Below are positions 1 to 13,001 of a DNA stretch of 64,000 bases, one piece after another. Both the position numbers and the translations under genes were made by a program. The notes beneath the pieces are model-generated. The model searched no databases. It saw only the letters and a program-made list of their open reading frames with translations, and was not told where the DNA came from. Where the stretch lies: the NCBI GenBank assembly GCA_043228905.1, contig JBHGNT010000013.1, positions 310,001 through 374,000 of the forward strand. The letters are read 5' to 3'. The DNA is from Azolla caroliniana (lineage: Eukaryota > Plantae > Polypodiophyta). Every line of letters starts with the position of its first letter. The first letter of the stretch is position 1.

Positions 1-329
1 TAAAAGCTATATTAAAAAACAATAATCACTCTCTGTGTATTACAACTGTGCTCATTAGCACTATATATACAAGTCCTTGTGGGACTGACAGAAGAACCGC
101 ATACTTCAATGCTCACATGAGCATCTGACACTTACTACGAGAGTATAATTGCTTAGTAGTCTAAACTAATACTAGGCTTCTAGTTACTAATTGGATCCGG
201 CTAACCGGCTCCCCAACTCACCGGCTCTGTTGCTTGCCGGCTCGGTTGCTCACAGCTTACCAATCCGTCTCGCTTGCCGGCTCAGGCTTATTCAACCGAT
301 CCGGTTCCAGTTGAGCTTGCCGCTCAACA
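1..329 (-). repeat. 3' LTR of copia family A element, cut by window edge
   Basis: Reverse complement of the LTRs at 4004/8876/10588. Starts TGTTGAGCGG on the minus strand at 329, with PPT (rc ctccccctc) at 330-338. Confidence 0.9.
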
Positions 330-1360
330 CTCCCCCTCAAGCTGAACTTGAGGTTGGATCCTAGTGTCAGGCTCTATGGCAGTCGGTTCTTCCAACCGAC
401 TTCTCCTGGCGTCGCTCCACGTTGCTCGCGCTCCTCGTCCGGTCCGGTTCTGTTTGCCAAGACCCCTCTTATTTTGCGCGCCTCAACCTTCCTGGTCGAT
501 ATGCCTGCTCAATAGGACCCTCTCAGCTCCTTTGTTGCTATGACTCCGGTGCTTGCCGATCCGTCGGTTCCTCCGCGATGGCATCGACTTCAACTGCATC
601 CATGTCTGCTTGGCCTTGAATTGATCCGGTTCTTCCGAATCTGTCTTTTGACCTGAATCGACTGTATCTGATTTGTTCCAACTCTTGTCCGAATCGGTTG
701 CTCCCGATTCGTCTTCTGGTTACAAGCCCTTCTTCCTTCGGTCGGCTCTGTCCTTCTTGATTCTGCCGCCTCCTATTCTTCCCTCACCGGCGCAATTGGC
801 AGTGTCTTTGCCTTTGCCCGTTCTGGTGTCTTTGCCCGTTCTCCCCCTCAAGTGTGGCACGTCGAGATGCTGAACACCAAGCATTTCGGTGAAGTGTTGC
901 AACTTGTCCGATCCAAGTGATTCGGTGAAGATGTCGGCAACTTGCCGATTCGTGTGAACATACCGAAGTTCAACCTCACCGCTCAGGACTCGCTCACACA
1001 CGAAGTGATTGTGCACTTCTATGTGCTTTGTGCAAGCATGGAATACGGGGTTCTTGGCGAGTTGCGTGTTGCTTATGTTGTCGCAATAGACCAGAATCGG
1101 GGTCGGTACCTCGATCCGTAGGTCTTGCAGCAATTGCCAAAGCCAAATGGCTTCACAGGTGGCAATGGTAGCGCCCCGATACTCAGCCTCAGTGCTCGAC
1201 AGAGCAACTATTGGATGCTTTTTGCTGCTCCACGAAACAGCCGCACTACCTAAGGAAAACATATAATCGGAGGTTGATCGGCGATATGATGAATCGCCGG
1301 CCCAGTCGGCATCTGTGTAACCGACTAGCTCTTTGGGTATACCGCGCTAATATAACAATC
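330..1360 (-). pseudogene. Ty1/copia pol 3' end (RNase H) plus 3' extension, family A
   Basis: ORF 720-1262 has WSSKK..VALSSTEAEY, YCDN, TKHIEVH and QVADIFT, the copia RNase H motifs. 5' part is missing. Confidence 0.9.
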
Positions 1361-4003
1361 TCTGGCAATACAAACCTGCAACGGAATGCTGGTACTCTGG
1401 CAAGAAGGGCCACAGAGAAAGCGAGTGCTGGAGAAAGCGCGCCGATTCCGACAAATCCGAATCCGGCAAGGTTGGCAAGGATGGCCGGCAAAGCTCGCAC
1501 TACGCGAAGGGATCGGGAGGATCCAAGAACGGTAACGGGCCAGCCTTGGTGATGAAGCACGAGGCGAACTCGATGAAGAAGACCACTTCCAAATCGGAGG
1601 AACTCTGGTATGTTGATTCTGGTGCGTCGAACCACATCAGGAGCCACAAAGAGTGGTTCTCCTTTTTGGAGAAACCGGATCAACCAGGAGAAGTCGAAAC
1701 CGGAGACGACACTACTCACCCAATCGTGCACGTCGGAGAAGTCCCTTTGAGCCACGTGGGACAGAAGGGGAAATTGATGAATGTATTACACGTTCCGACA
1801 ATCACAAAGAACCTGGTGTTAGTCGGACAGATCGTCGACCAGGGGATGCAAGTGCGGTTTACGCACCTTGGGTGCTTCATCGAGGAAGAGGGCCAAATTA
1901 TTGCGCAAGGGCGCAGAGACAGGAGGATGTTTATCCTCCACACGAATCACGTTGGCACCTCTCTATTTGCAAAAGGACAGAAGGTCGAATCAGACATCGA
2001 CCTGTGGCACAAGCGGATAGGCCACGTCAATTACCGGAGGCTTCAAGACCTGCAAACGAAACAAGTTGTTTTCGGTTTGCCGAAGTTCAGCGGCCGGTAG
2101 GCCCAAGTATGTGAAGCCTGCCAACTCGGGAAGCAACACCGGCTTCCATTCCCTACCGAACGTAACCGGAGCCGTAACAAGCTCGACCTAATCCATTCGG
2201 ATGTGTGGGGACCGGCACAGAATGTTAGTCTTGGCGGGAGTCGATATTTCGTCTCCTTCATCGACGACTATACGCGGCACACATGGATCTACCTCATTGA
2301 GCGGAAGAGTGAAGTCTTCGAGTGTTTCCGGAGTCTCCAAAGCATGGTGGAACGGGAATCGGAGAGGAAGATCAAATGCCTGCGGTCGGATGGCGGGAAA
2401 GAATACTTTTCTAACCAATTCAACAGTTATCTGCAGCAAACGGGAATTCGGCGAGAATTCAACTGCACATACACACCGCAACAGAATGGTGTTGCCGAAA
2501 GGAAGAACCGGTCGCTTATCGATGTGGCAAGGGCAATGCTGGAGTAGAAGAGCATGCGCAAATTCTACTGGGCGGAGGCAGTCCGAATGACTGTCTACAT
2601 GCAGAACCGGATCGGTGACAAGGTGTCAGCTCACGAGCTGTATTTCGGGCGGAAGCCGAATTTGAGACACCTTAAGATCTTCGGTAGCATTGAATATGTG
2701 CATGTACCGGATGAGAAGCGAAGGAAGCTGGATGCAAAATCGGAAACATGCATCCTAGTCGTCTATGTTCAAGAGCAAAAGGGTTATAAGTGTTATTACC
2801 CCCGGACAAAGCAGGTCCGAGTTAGTCGAGATGTCGAATTTGATGAATCGGCATCATGGTACTCAGGATGAGAGTCCGGAATCGTTCGGGTTAAGTGGGC
2901 CGAACGTGAGACTGAGTCAGTCTCACCATTCAGATGAGGAACCGGTGAGTAGTGGAGACTCTCCCGTGCACTCTCCCGAGGAGACGGTTCATGCGCAAAG
3001 AGAAGGGGAAGAAGAAGATGCCGGAATTCGAAACCGACAACGATGAGTCGGATCGGTGTGCGTCCAACTCCAGCAAGTAGAATGGCGGATCTTCGGCAAC
3101 GAAGACCAATTCGGCTAAGAAGGGCCTCAAACCGGGTAATGGTGAGTTACGCCGGTCCACCCGCCAGAAGGATCCCGTCAAGCGGTACAGGTACAATGAG
3201 TACATGGTGCATCACTATGCATACATGACTAAGGTGGCGGAGGTGCGTGAGCCGGAGAGCTCCACAGAAGCGGCCAAGGACGCAAATTGGCGTGCCGCTA
3301 TGGACAAAGAAATGCGGGCACTTGATGTCAATGAGACATGGGACCTGGTTGACCCTCCTCATCACTTTAAACCGATCGGATGCAAGTGGATATACAAGGT
3401 AAAGTACAACGCCGACGGTTCTGTTAACCGGTATAAAGCCCGGTTAGTGGCGAAGGGATACGCGCAAACCCACGGAATCGGCTACGACGAGACCTTCGCT
3501 CCTGTAGCGAAGATGACGACAGTTCGACTGGTGCTGGCGGTTGTTGCGGCAAGGGGGTGGCATCTTCATCAGATGGATGTGAAGAATGCATTTCTTCAAG
3601 GTGATCTTGAAGAAGAAGTCTTCATGACTCAGCCTCCCGGTTTTCAATTGGAGATGAACACGTCGACGGTATGCCGGTTGAAGAAGTTGTTGTACGGCCT
3701 GAAGCAAGCCCCTCGAGCTTTGAATGCGAAGATTACGCACTGGTTGCGTAAGATGGGTTTTGTGGCCTCCAAATCGGACTCTTCATTGTTCATCCGGCAA
3801 GGCTCTACCCGTCCGGTATGTATATTGTTGTATGTTGATGATCTAGTCATCACTAGACCGGGTGTTCCAAAAATAAACCGCAGCAAGTCCCAGTTGTCGG
3901 ACGCATTTGAGATGAAGGATCTGGGGGACCTTCATTATTTTCTAGCGATCGAGGTGATCCGAACCCCAGACGGCATATTGCTCTCACAATGACATTATGT
4001 CTT

Positions 4004-7000
4004 TGTTGAGCGGCAAGCTCAACTGGAGCTAGATCGGCTAAATAAGCCTGAGCCGGCAAGCGAGACGGATCAGTAAGCAGTGAGCAACCGAGCCAGCAAG
4101 CAACAAAGCCGGTGAGCTGGGGAGCCGGTAAGCCGGATCCAATCAGTAACCGTAAGCCTAGTACTAGTGTAGACTACTAGGCAATTATAGTCTCGTAGTA
4201 AGTGTCAGATGCTCGTGTGAGCATTGAAGTACGTGGTACTTTTGTTAGTCCCACGAGGACTTGTATAAATAATGCTACTGAGCATAGTTGTATGTACTGA
4301 TTAATTATATTGTTTTTGAATATAGCATTTACGTTCTGCTCTCTCTGTCTCTCTCGCGTACTCTGTGTATTCACTACTTTCTCTGTTTTCTAACGCTTCC
4401 GCAAGTAATCGTTTACATGGTATCAAAGCGCGAGGGTTGAGAACCTCCTCTGTAGCCGACAAATGCTGATAGCAAACCCTAACAGGTCGTAAAACAGCAG
4501 ACAGAGAAGTGATGGATAGAGGGATGGCTAGCTCGCTCCCTATGGAGAAACTCGACAGATGCATCTATGCATCTTGGTCGTATAAGATGCACCAGTACCT
4601 GCTTGGGCATGACTACTGGAGTTTCGTCGAAGGAGCCAATGAAATAACACCTGATGCGGCACATAAAGACTTCCCAGTGTGGGAACAATCGGCAAGCAGA
4701 GTGATGTATTGCTTCGCGTCCAGTGTCGGAGACCAGCTGCTGAGCCACATCCGAGATGCCAAGACGCCGAAGGAGGCTTGGGGGAACCTGAAGAAGGTTT
4801 TTGCCACGAGCACTACAACCCGAAAGCTACAACTCTGACAGAAGTTAAGCAATGTCTGACAGAAGGATGTGTTGGTGGCGGAGTACATGGCCCGGATCAA
4901 AGAGATCTGTGACTCACTTGCCTCTATTAACGTTACCGTAGAGGAAGACGAGATGGTACAAGTTTGTCTTGGGGGCCTGGCGTCTAATTTCAGAGCGTTC
5001 CGAACGGTAGTGTGTACAAGGGAGAATACGCCGTCATTTTTCGACTTACAGTCGATGCTCCTTGTAGAGGAGAACCACGCCGGTGTGTCAACTAGCGCAC
5101 CCACTGACAACCAGATGTTGTACACGGAGGCAGATCGGTCCCGTGGGCGTGGTGGACGCGGCAGGTCGGCACGCAATGGAGGCGGCCGGCAAGAGCAAGA
5201 ACGAAGGCACAAAGAACGTGCCGACAGCAGTTTCAGGACTTCCGCAGGCAGGGGGAGTCATGGCGACACCGGAAGACAGCAAGAGTGCTCAACAACGGAA
5301 TGCTGGTACTCTGGCAAAAAGGGCCACAAAGAAAGCGAGTGCTGGAGAAAACGAGCCGATTCGGACAAATCCGGATCCGGCAAGCCCAGCAAGGATGGCC
5401 GGCAAAGCTCGCACTACGCGGAGGGATCGGGAGGATCCAAGAACGGTAACGGGCCAGCGTTGGTGGTGAAGCACAACGCGAACTCAATGAAGAAGACCAC
5501 TTCCAAATCGGAGGAAGTCTGGTATGTTGACTTCGGTGCGTCGAACCACATGACAAGCCACAAAGAGTGGTTCTCCTTTTCGGAAAAACCGGATCAACCA
5601 GGAGTAGTCGAAACCGGAGACGACACTCCTCACCCAATCGTGCACGTCGAAGAAGTCCCTTTGAGCCACGTCGGACATAAGGGGAAGTTGATGAACGTAT
5701 TACACGTTCCGACAATCACGAAGAACTTGGTGTCGGTCAGACAAATAGTCGACCAAGGGATGCAGGTGCGGTTTACGCACCTCGGATGCTTCATCGAGGA
5801 AGAGAGCCAAATTATTGCGCAAGGGCGCACAGACGGGAGGATGGTTATCCTCGACACCAATGACGTCGGCACCGCTCTATTTACAAAAGGACAGAAGGTC
5901 GAATCGGACATCGACCTCTGGCACAAGCAGATAGGCCATGTCAATTACCGGAGGCTTCAAGACATGCAAACGAAACAAGTTGTTTTCGGTTTGCCGAAAT
6001 TCAGCGGCCGGAAGGCCCAAGTATGTGAAGCTTGCCAACTCGGGGAGCAACACCGGCTTCCATTCCCTACCGAACGTAACAAGCCGTAACAATGGATCTA
6101 CCTCATTGAGTGTAAGAGTGAAGTCTTTGAGTGTTTCCTGAGTCTCCAAAGCATGGTGGAACGGGAATTGGAGAGGAAGATCAAATGCCTGCGGTTGGAT
6201 GGCGGGAAAGAATACTTTTCTAGCCAATTCAATAGTTATCTACAACAAATAGGAATTCGGCGAGAGTTTAGCTCCATATACACACCGCAACTGAACGGTG
6301 TTGCTGAGAGGAAGAACCGGTCGCTTATCGATGCGGCAAGGGCAATGCTGGAGGAGAAGAGCATGTCCAAATTCTACTAGGCGAAGGTAGTCCGAACGGC
6401 TGTCTACATCCAAAACCGGATCGGTGACAAGGTGTCAGCTCACGAGTTGTATTTCAGGCAGAATCCGAATTTGAGACACCTTAAGATCTTCGGTAGCATT
6501 GCATTTGTGCATGTACCGGATGAGAAGCGGAGCAAGCTGGATGCAAAATCGGAAAAATGCATCCTAGTCGGCTATGCTCAAGAGCAAAAGGGTTATAAGT
6601 GTTATAACCCCCGAACAAAGCAGGTCTGAATTAGTTGAGATGTCGAGTTTGATGAATCGTCATCGTGGTACTCCTTACTAACTCCGACTTCCAAATCTGA
6701 CCCGATGCCGGTGGATAAGGCTAGTGATCCTGAACCGGGCCCAGGTAGAGGATGATGAAGCGTGGACTCAGGATGAGAGTTTGGAATCGTTCCAGTTGAG
6801 TGGGCCGAACGAGAGAATGAGTCAATCTGACCAGTCCGATGAGGAACCGGCGAGTAGTGGAGACTCTGTCGTGCACTCCCCGCGCAAGGAACTGAGGAGA
6901 CGGTTCACGCGCAACGAGAAGGGGAAGAAGAAGATGCAGGAGTTCGAATCCGGCAACGATGAGTCAGATCGGTGTACGTCCGACTACGGCAAGGAGAAAG

Positions 7001-9287
7001 GCGGATCTTCAGCAATGAAGACCGAAGTGGCTAAGAAGGGCCTTAAACCGGGTAACGGTGAGTTCAAGGCACATCACTATGCGTACATGACTAAGGTGGC
7101 GGATGTGTGTGAGCCGGAGAGCTACGCAGAAGCGGCCAAGGACGCAAATTGACGTGCTACTATGGACAAAGAAATGCGGGCACTTGATCTCAACAAGACA
7201 TGGGACCTGGTTGACCCTCCTCGTCACTATAAACCAATTGGATGCAAGTGGATATACAAAGTAAAGTACAACACTGACAGTTCAGTTAACCGGTACAAGG
7301 CCCGGTTAGTGGTGAAGGGATATGCACAAACCCACTGAATCGACTACGACGAGACCTTCGCTCCTGTAGCGAAGATGACGACAGTTCGAGTAGTGCTGGT
7401 GGTTGTTGCGGCAAGGGGGTGGCATCTTCATCAGATGGATGTGAAGAATGCAGTTCTTCAAGGTGATCTTGAAAAAGAAGTCTTCATGACTCAGCCTCCC
7501 GGTTTTCAATCAGAGATGAACAAATCGGCGGTATGCCGGCTGAAGAAGTTGTTGTACGGCCTGAAGGAAGCCCCTCGAACTTGGAATGCGAAGATCACGC
7601 ACCGGTTGCATAAGATGGGGTTTGTGGCCTCCAAATCTGACTCTTCATTCTTCATCCGGCAAGGCCCAACCGGTCCGGTATGTATACTGCTGTATGTTGA
7701 TGATCTAGTCATCACCGGACCGGGTGTTCCAGAAATCAACCGTGTCAAGTCCCAGTTATTGGACGCATTTGAGATGAAGGATCTGGGGACCTTCATTATT
7801 TTCTAGGGATCGAGGTGATCCAAACCCCGGATGACATATTGCTCTCACAACTACATTACGTCTTGAATATGTTGTACAAGTTCGGCATGACAGAATGCCG
7901 ACCTATATCCACACCCTTGGATTGGAACCAGAAGCTTCGCCCCAACTCCGGACCGGCCTGTAACAAGGAACGGTTCTGACAAATTGTCGGAAGCCTTATT
8001 TACTTGACTATCACGCGACCCAACATCAATTATCCGGTTGGTATGATAAGTCAGTTCATGCAGAAGCCGACCGTGGAGCATCTTCAGTGCGCACAACGGA
8101 TATTGCGGTATGTCAGCGGCACCAAGGACCGGGGACTGTTTTACCGGCGAGGTATAACCGAAGAGCTCGTCGGTTACATAGATGCCGACTGGGCCGACGA
8201 TGCATCAGATCGACGATCAACCTCTTGTTACATGTTTTCCCTAGGTAGCGTGGTTGTTGCGTGGAGCAACAAAAAGCAACCAACATTTGTTCTGTCGAGC
8301 ACTGAGGCTGAGTATCGGGGTGCTACCATTTCCACCTGTGAAGCCATTTGGCTTCGGCGACTGCTGCAAGACCTACGGATCGAGGTACCACCCCGATTCT
8401 GGTCTACTGCGACAACATAAGCAGCATGCAACTCGCCAAGAAGGCCAAGACCCGAACATGGTCCGATGTGGTGAAGGGCTTGGAACCAAAAGGCGAATCG
8501 GGAGCAACCGATTTGGACAAGATCTGGAACGAATCGGAGACATTCGATTCGGTTCAACAGACAGATTCGGAAGAACTGGATCAATTCAAGGCCAAGTAGA
8601 CATGGATGCAGCGGAAGTCGATACCATCGCGGAGGAACCGACGGATCGGCAAGCACCGGTGTCATAGCAACGAAGGAGCTGAGAGGGGCCTATTGAGCAA
8701 ACATACCGACCGAGAAGATTGAGGCGTGCAGAACAAGAGGGGTCGCGGAAAACAGAACCGGACCGGACGAGGAGCGCGAGCAAGGCGGAGCGACGCCATG
8801 AGAAGTCGGTTGGAAGAACCGACTGCCGCAGAGACTGACACTAGGATCCAACCTCAAGTTGAGCTTGAGGGGGAGTGTTGAGCGGCAAGCTCAACTGGAG
8901 CCAGATCGACTGAATAAGCCTGAGCCGGCAAGCGAGACAGATCGTTAGATGTGAGCAACCGAGTCGGCAAGCAACAGAGCCGGTGTGTTGGGGAGCCGGT
9001 TAGCCGGATCCAATCAGTAACCGGAAGCCTAGTACTAGCGTAGACTACTAGGCAATTATGTCTCGTAGTAATTGTCAAATGCTCGTGTGAGCATTGAAGT
9101 ACGCGGTACTTCTGTCAGTCCCACGAGGACTTGTATAAATAATGCTATTGAGCATAATTGTATGTACTGAGTAATTATATCGTTTTTGAATATAGCTTTT
9201 ATGTTCTGCTCTCTCTGTCTCTCCCGCGTACTTTGTATATTCACTACTTTTTCTGTTTTCTAACGCTTTCGCAAGTAATCGTTTACA
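4004..9287 (+). mobile_element. Two-LTR Ty1/copia family A element nested in the RT of its own family
   Basis: LTRs 4004-4417 and 8876-9287 (TG..CA), TSD GTCTT (3999-4003 / 9288-9292), PBS TGGTATCAAAGC (tRNA-iMet type) at 4418, PPT GAGGGGGAG. Decayed gag-pol with internal deletions near 6088, 7065 and 8440. Confidence 0.95.
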
Positions 9288-10587
9288 GTCTTGAATATGT
9301 TGTACAAGTTCGGCATGACAGAATGGCGACCTGTATCCACACCCTTGGACTGGAACCAGAAGCTTCGTCCCAACTCCGGACCGTCCTGCAACGAGCAACG
9401 GTTCCGACAGATTGTCGGAAGCCTTATTTACTTGACTATCACGCGACCCGACATCAATTATCTGGTCGGAATGATAAGTCAGTTCATGGAGAAGCCGACC
9501 GTGGAGCATCTTTAGTGCGCGCAAAGGATATTGCGGTATGTCAGCGGCACGAAGGACAGGGGACTGTTATACCGGCGCGGTATACCCGAAGAGCTAGTCG
9601 GTTACACGGATGCCGACTGGGCCGGCGATGCATCAAATCGCCGATCAACCTCCGGTTACATGTTTTCCCTAGGTAGCGTGGTTGTTGCCTAGAGCAACAA
9701 AAAGCAGCCAACATTTGTTCTGTCGAGCACTGAGGCTGAGTATCGGGGCACTACCATTGCCACCTGTGAAGCCATTTGGCTTCGGCGACTGATGGAAGAC
9801 CTATAGATCGAGGTACCGACCCCGATTCTGGTCTATTGCGACAACATAAGCAGCATGCAACTCGCCAAGAACCCTGTATTCCATGCTCGCACAAAGCACA
9901 TAGAAGTGCACTATCACTTCGTGTGTGAGCGTGTCCTGAGCGGTGAGGTTGAACTTCGGTATGTTCACACGGATCGGCAAGTTGCCGACATCTTCACCAA
10001 ACCGATCGGACAAGTTACAGCAGTTCACCGAAATGCTTGGTGTTCAGCATCTCGACGTGCCACACTTGAGGGGGACAACGGGCAAAGACACCGGAACGGG
10101 CAAAGGCAAATAGACTATCGATTGCGCCGGTGAGGGAAGAACAGGAGGTGGCAGAGTCAAGAAGGACAGAGCCGACTGAAGGAAGAAGGGCTTGGAACTA
10201 GAAGATGAATCGGGAGCAACCGATTCAGACAAGAGTTGGAACGAATCGGAGACAGTCGATTCGGTTTGAAAGACAGATTCGGAAGAACCGGATCAACTCA
10301 AGGCCAAGCAGACACCGATGCAGCGGAAGTCGATGCCATCGTGGAGGAACCGATGGATCGGCAAGCGCAAGAGTCATAGCAACAAAGGAGCTTAGAGGGG
10401 CCTATTGAGCAGTCATACCGACCGAGAAGGTCGAGGCGCGTAGAACAAGAGGGGTCACGGAAAATAGAACCGGACCGGACGAGGAGCGCGAGCAAGGCGG
10501 AGCGGCGCCAGGAGAAGTCGGTTGGAAGAGCCGACTGCCACGAAGCCTGACACCAGGATCCAACCTCAAGTTGAGCTTGAGGGGGAG

Positions 10588-11002
10588 TGTTGCGCGGCAA
10601 GCTCAACTGGAGCCGGATCAACTGAATAAGCCTGAGCCGGCAAGCGAGACGGATCGGTAAGCCGTGAGCAACTGAGCCAGCAAGCAACTGAGCCGGTGAG
10701 TTGGGGAGCCGGTTAGCCGGATCCAATCAGTAACTAGAAGCCTAGTATTAGTTTAGACTACTAGACAATTATAGTCTCGTAGTAAGTGTCAGATGCTCGT
10801 GTGAGCATTGAAGTACGCGGTACTTCTGTCAGTCCCAGAAGGACTTGTATAAATAGTGTTACTTAGCACAGTTGTAATACACAAAGAGTGATTATTGTTT
10901 TTGAATATATCTTTTATGTTCTACTCTCTCTGTCTCTCCCGTGTACTCTGTGTATTCACTGCCTTCTCTATTTTCTAACGCTTCCGCGAGTAATCGTTTA
11001 TA
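10588..11002 (+). repeat. 3' LTR of the host copia A element
   Basis: Follows the PPT; homologous to 4004-4417. Confidence 0.9.
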
Positions 11003-11300
11003 CTAAAATTACAAGGTGGCTGAAGAGTGGTCTTGAACTAGAGTAGTTCATCACTAAGTAGATCTTCGACTTACATAGTGTACATCGAATTGTGCATGAT
11101 CACCATTTGGCGTACATGTTGTGTGCCACTTAGCATACATGTGTGGATGCCATTTGGCGGTCATCTAGTGTGTCTAGTGCTCCATAATTCTTAAATAATA
11201 ATAATATGAAAACATATTTATAATGAAAATAAGTGGGTATAATGGTTAGAGTGAAAGACCCTTGTTAAAGGTCACAAGTGCAAATCTTGATATTAACATT
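11003..11300. repeat. Degenerate LTR-like fragment related to 62100-62406
   Basis: Shares TGATCACCATTTGGCGyACATG and a degenerate A/B-box module with the 62.1-62.4 kb repeat. Confidence 0.45.
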
Positions 11301-11309
11301 CTGTGATAG

Positions 11310-12250
11310 TCGGAAGTGTCGAAATTTATTGATACTATCTATCATACCTAGGGCTTCTCACTCGGTAGCGGAGTAATTTCGTTTGGCAACTGAAAGATTC
11401 CGGCTTGAATAATAAACTTGCTAATACCAATTTGGTTTGGTGAATCGCATGAGCACACTGCCGATTGCGATGTCTGATGCATCCACGAACATGTGGAATG
11501 GTCATTTCCAATCCAATGGTTGTTCTCCCTCTCGGTCCATTGGGATGGCGTTTGGTGTACTGCCGCATGTATGGTGTTGCAAAGTCAGCTAGGTAGCGCA
11601 ACATCCGAATGTGCTAACGGATCTGTCCGAGAAAGCGACTTAGGGCCTTGACATTTTTTGGGGTCGGTGCCTCCATGATGGCCTTGATCTTCCTTGGATT
11701 GACTGCAATGCCTTCATGGCTTACTATGTGTCCGAGGAGGACGCCACTTGTCACGCCAAACATGCATTTTGCCGGATTGAGGCTTAGTCGTGTTGATCGG
11801 CATCGTTCCAAGCATAATCGTAGATGTTGTAGATGCTCGTTGCGTGCACTGTACACCATGAAATTGTTGAGGAAAACCTGCATAAAGGCAAGTATTTATT
11901 CGCCAAAAATTTCGATGATGATGCGTTGGAGTGTTGTCGGTGCCGTTTTAAGCCTAAACATCATCACTATTGCTACGAATATGCCCAGTCTGTTACGAAC
12001 ATTGTCTTCTCCTAATCGTGCAAATCTTATTATAGCCACTGAAGCCGTCTAAAAAAGTATACATCTCGTGTCCGGCTACTACGTCAAGTACGCCATCCGT
12101 GAATGGTAAGGGAAATGCGTCGGTTATCATCATAGCGTTTAGTTTCCTATAGGCAATGCAAACTCGGATTTTCTCGTTTTTCTTCGCCACGTCGACAATC
12201 GGTCTCAGCCAAGTCGCAAAATTTATTGGTCAGATGAATCCGATTTTGTC
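11310..12250 (-). pseudogene. Ty3/gypsy RT and RNase H fragment
   Basis: KKNEKIRVCIAYRKLN, DAFPLPF, FLDGFSGY, LNPAKC, LLGHIVS, RFLGQI. Confidence 0.85.
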
Positions 12251-13001
12251 CGTCGCAAGGTTAATCTAGTGCTAGTAGAATTTCGGATCCGCCGGTCACT
12301 CCTGCTAGCAGACAAAAGTTATGTGCAGTCATCCTACTTAGTTCGAGTCCCCAGTCGACCTACTCATGTTTCACGTGCACACGCATAATTTCATGACACC
12401 ACTTTAATTCTATTGTTTGCTCAATCTCGAAGTTTAAGCTCAAAGGATAAGTTTCCCTTCTATCTTCATTTTTCATTGTCTGCTAGAGCCAAAATGAAGA
12501 GAGAACATATTGGCATTGCATCTATTGATCTGGTTGCTTCTTGGACCTTCCGTGTAACTCATTCAACCACCTCCTTCAGGAATTTCCTCTTTGTGGAACT
12601 CTTGAGGAGGGATGGTCATAATTCTTCTTCATTCCCATCTTGGTCACACTAACCCTCTTTCCCTATTCGGATCCCAACCAATGCCAAGTAAGCAATAGCC
12701 TCAACATTTCTCCCCTTGGATTCTTTCATCAACCACGTCATACCTCCTCATGTAGAGTTCAAATCCCAGACTTGTAAAGATTCCATGTCCAGACCTCTCC
12801 ATAAAAATCTGCATTACATTTTAATATTGTTGACTTACTTTCTCGCGATGTATGGAAAGTTCATGTGATATTTTCAGATTGAAATGTGTAGCTAAACCAC
12901 ATGCATTGTAAAGTTGTTGTGCATTTTCTTATCCAATTTTATTTTTGAAAACATCCCCCTTTTCCTAACACATCTATCGTTCTTCTCCTACCGTAGACCC
13001 T

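Larger units (their letters stand above)
1378..11002 (+). mobile_element. 5'-truncated Ty1/copia family A element, interrupted by a same-family insertion
   Basis: Zn knuckle, PR (WYVDSGASNH), INT (IHSDVWGP, LRSDGGKEY, QQNGVAERKNR), RT (YKARLVAKG, QMDVKNAFL, LYVDD). RT resumes at 9293, then RNase H, PPT and 3' LTR 10588-11002. Many stops and frameshifts. Confidence 0.9.

Noticed and set aside
422-10726. Many short overlapping antisense ORFs
   Set aside because: Shadow frames of GC-rich retroelement coding sequence, with no recognisable motifs.
12413-12760. Possible coding remnant
   Set aside because: Stops in the frames I read and no family I can recognise.
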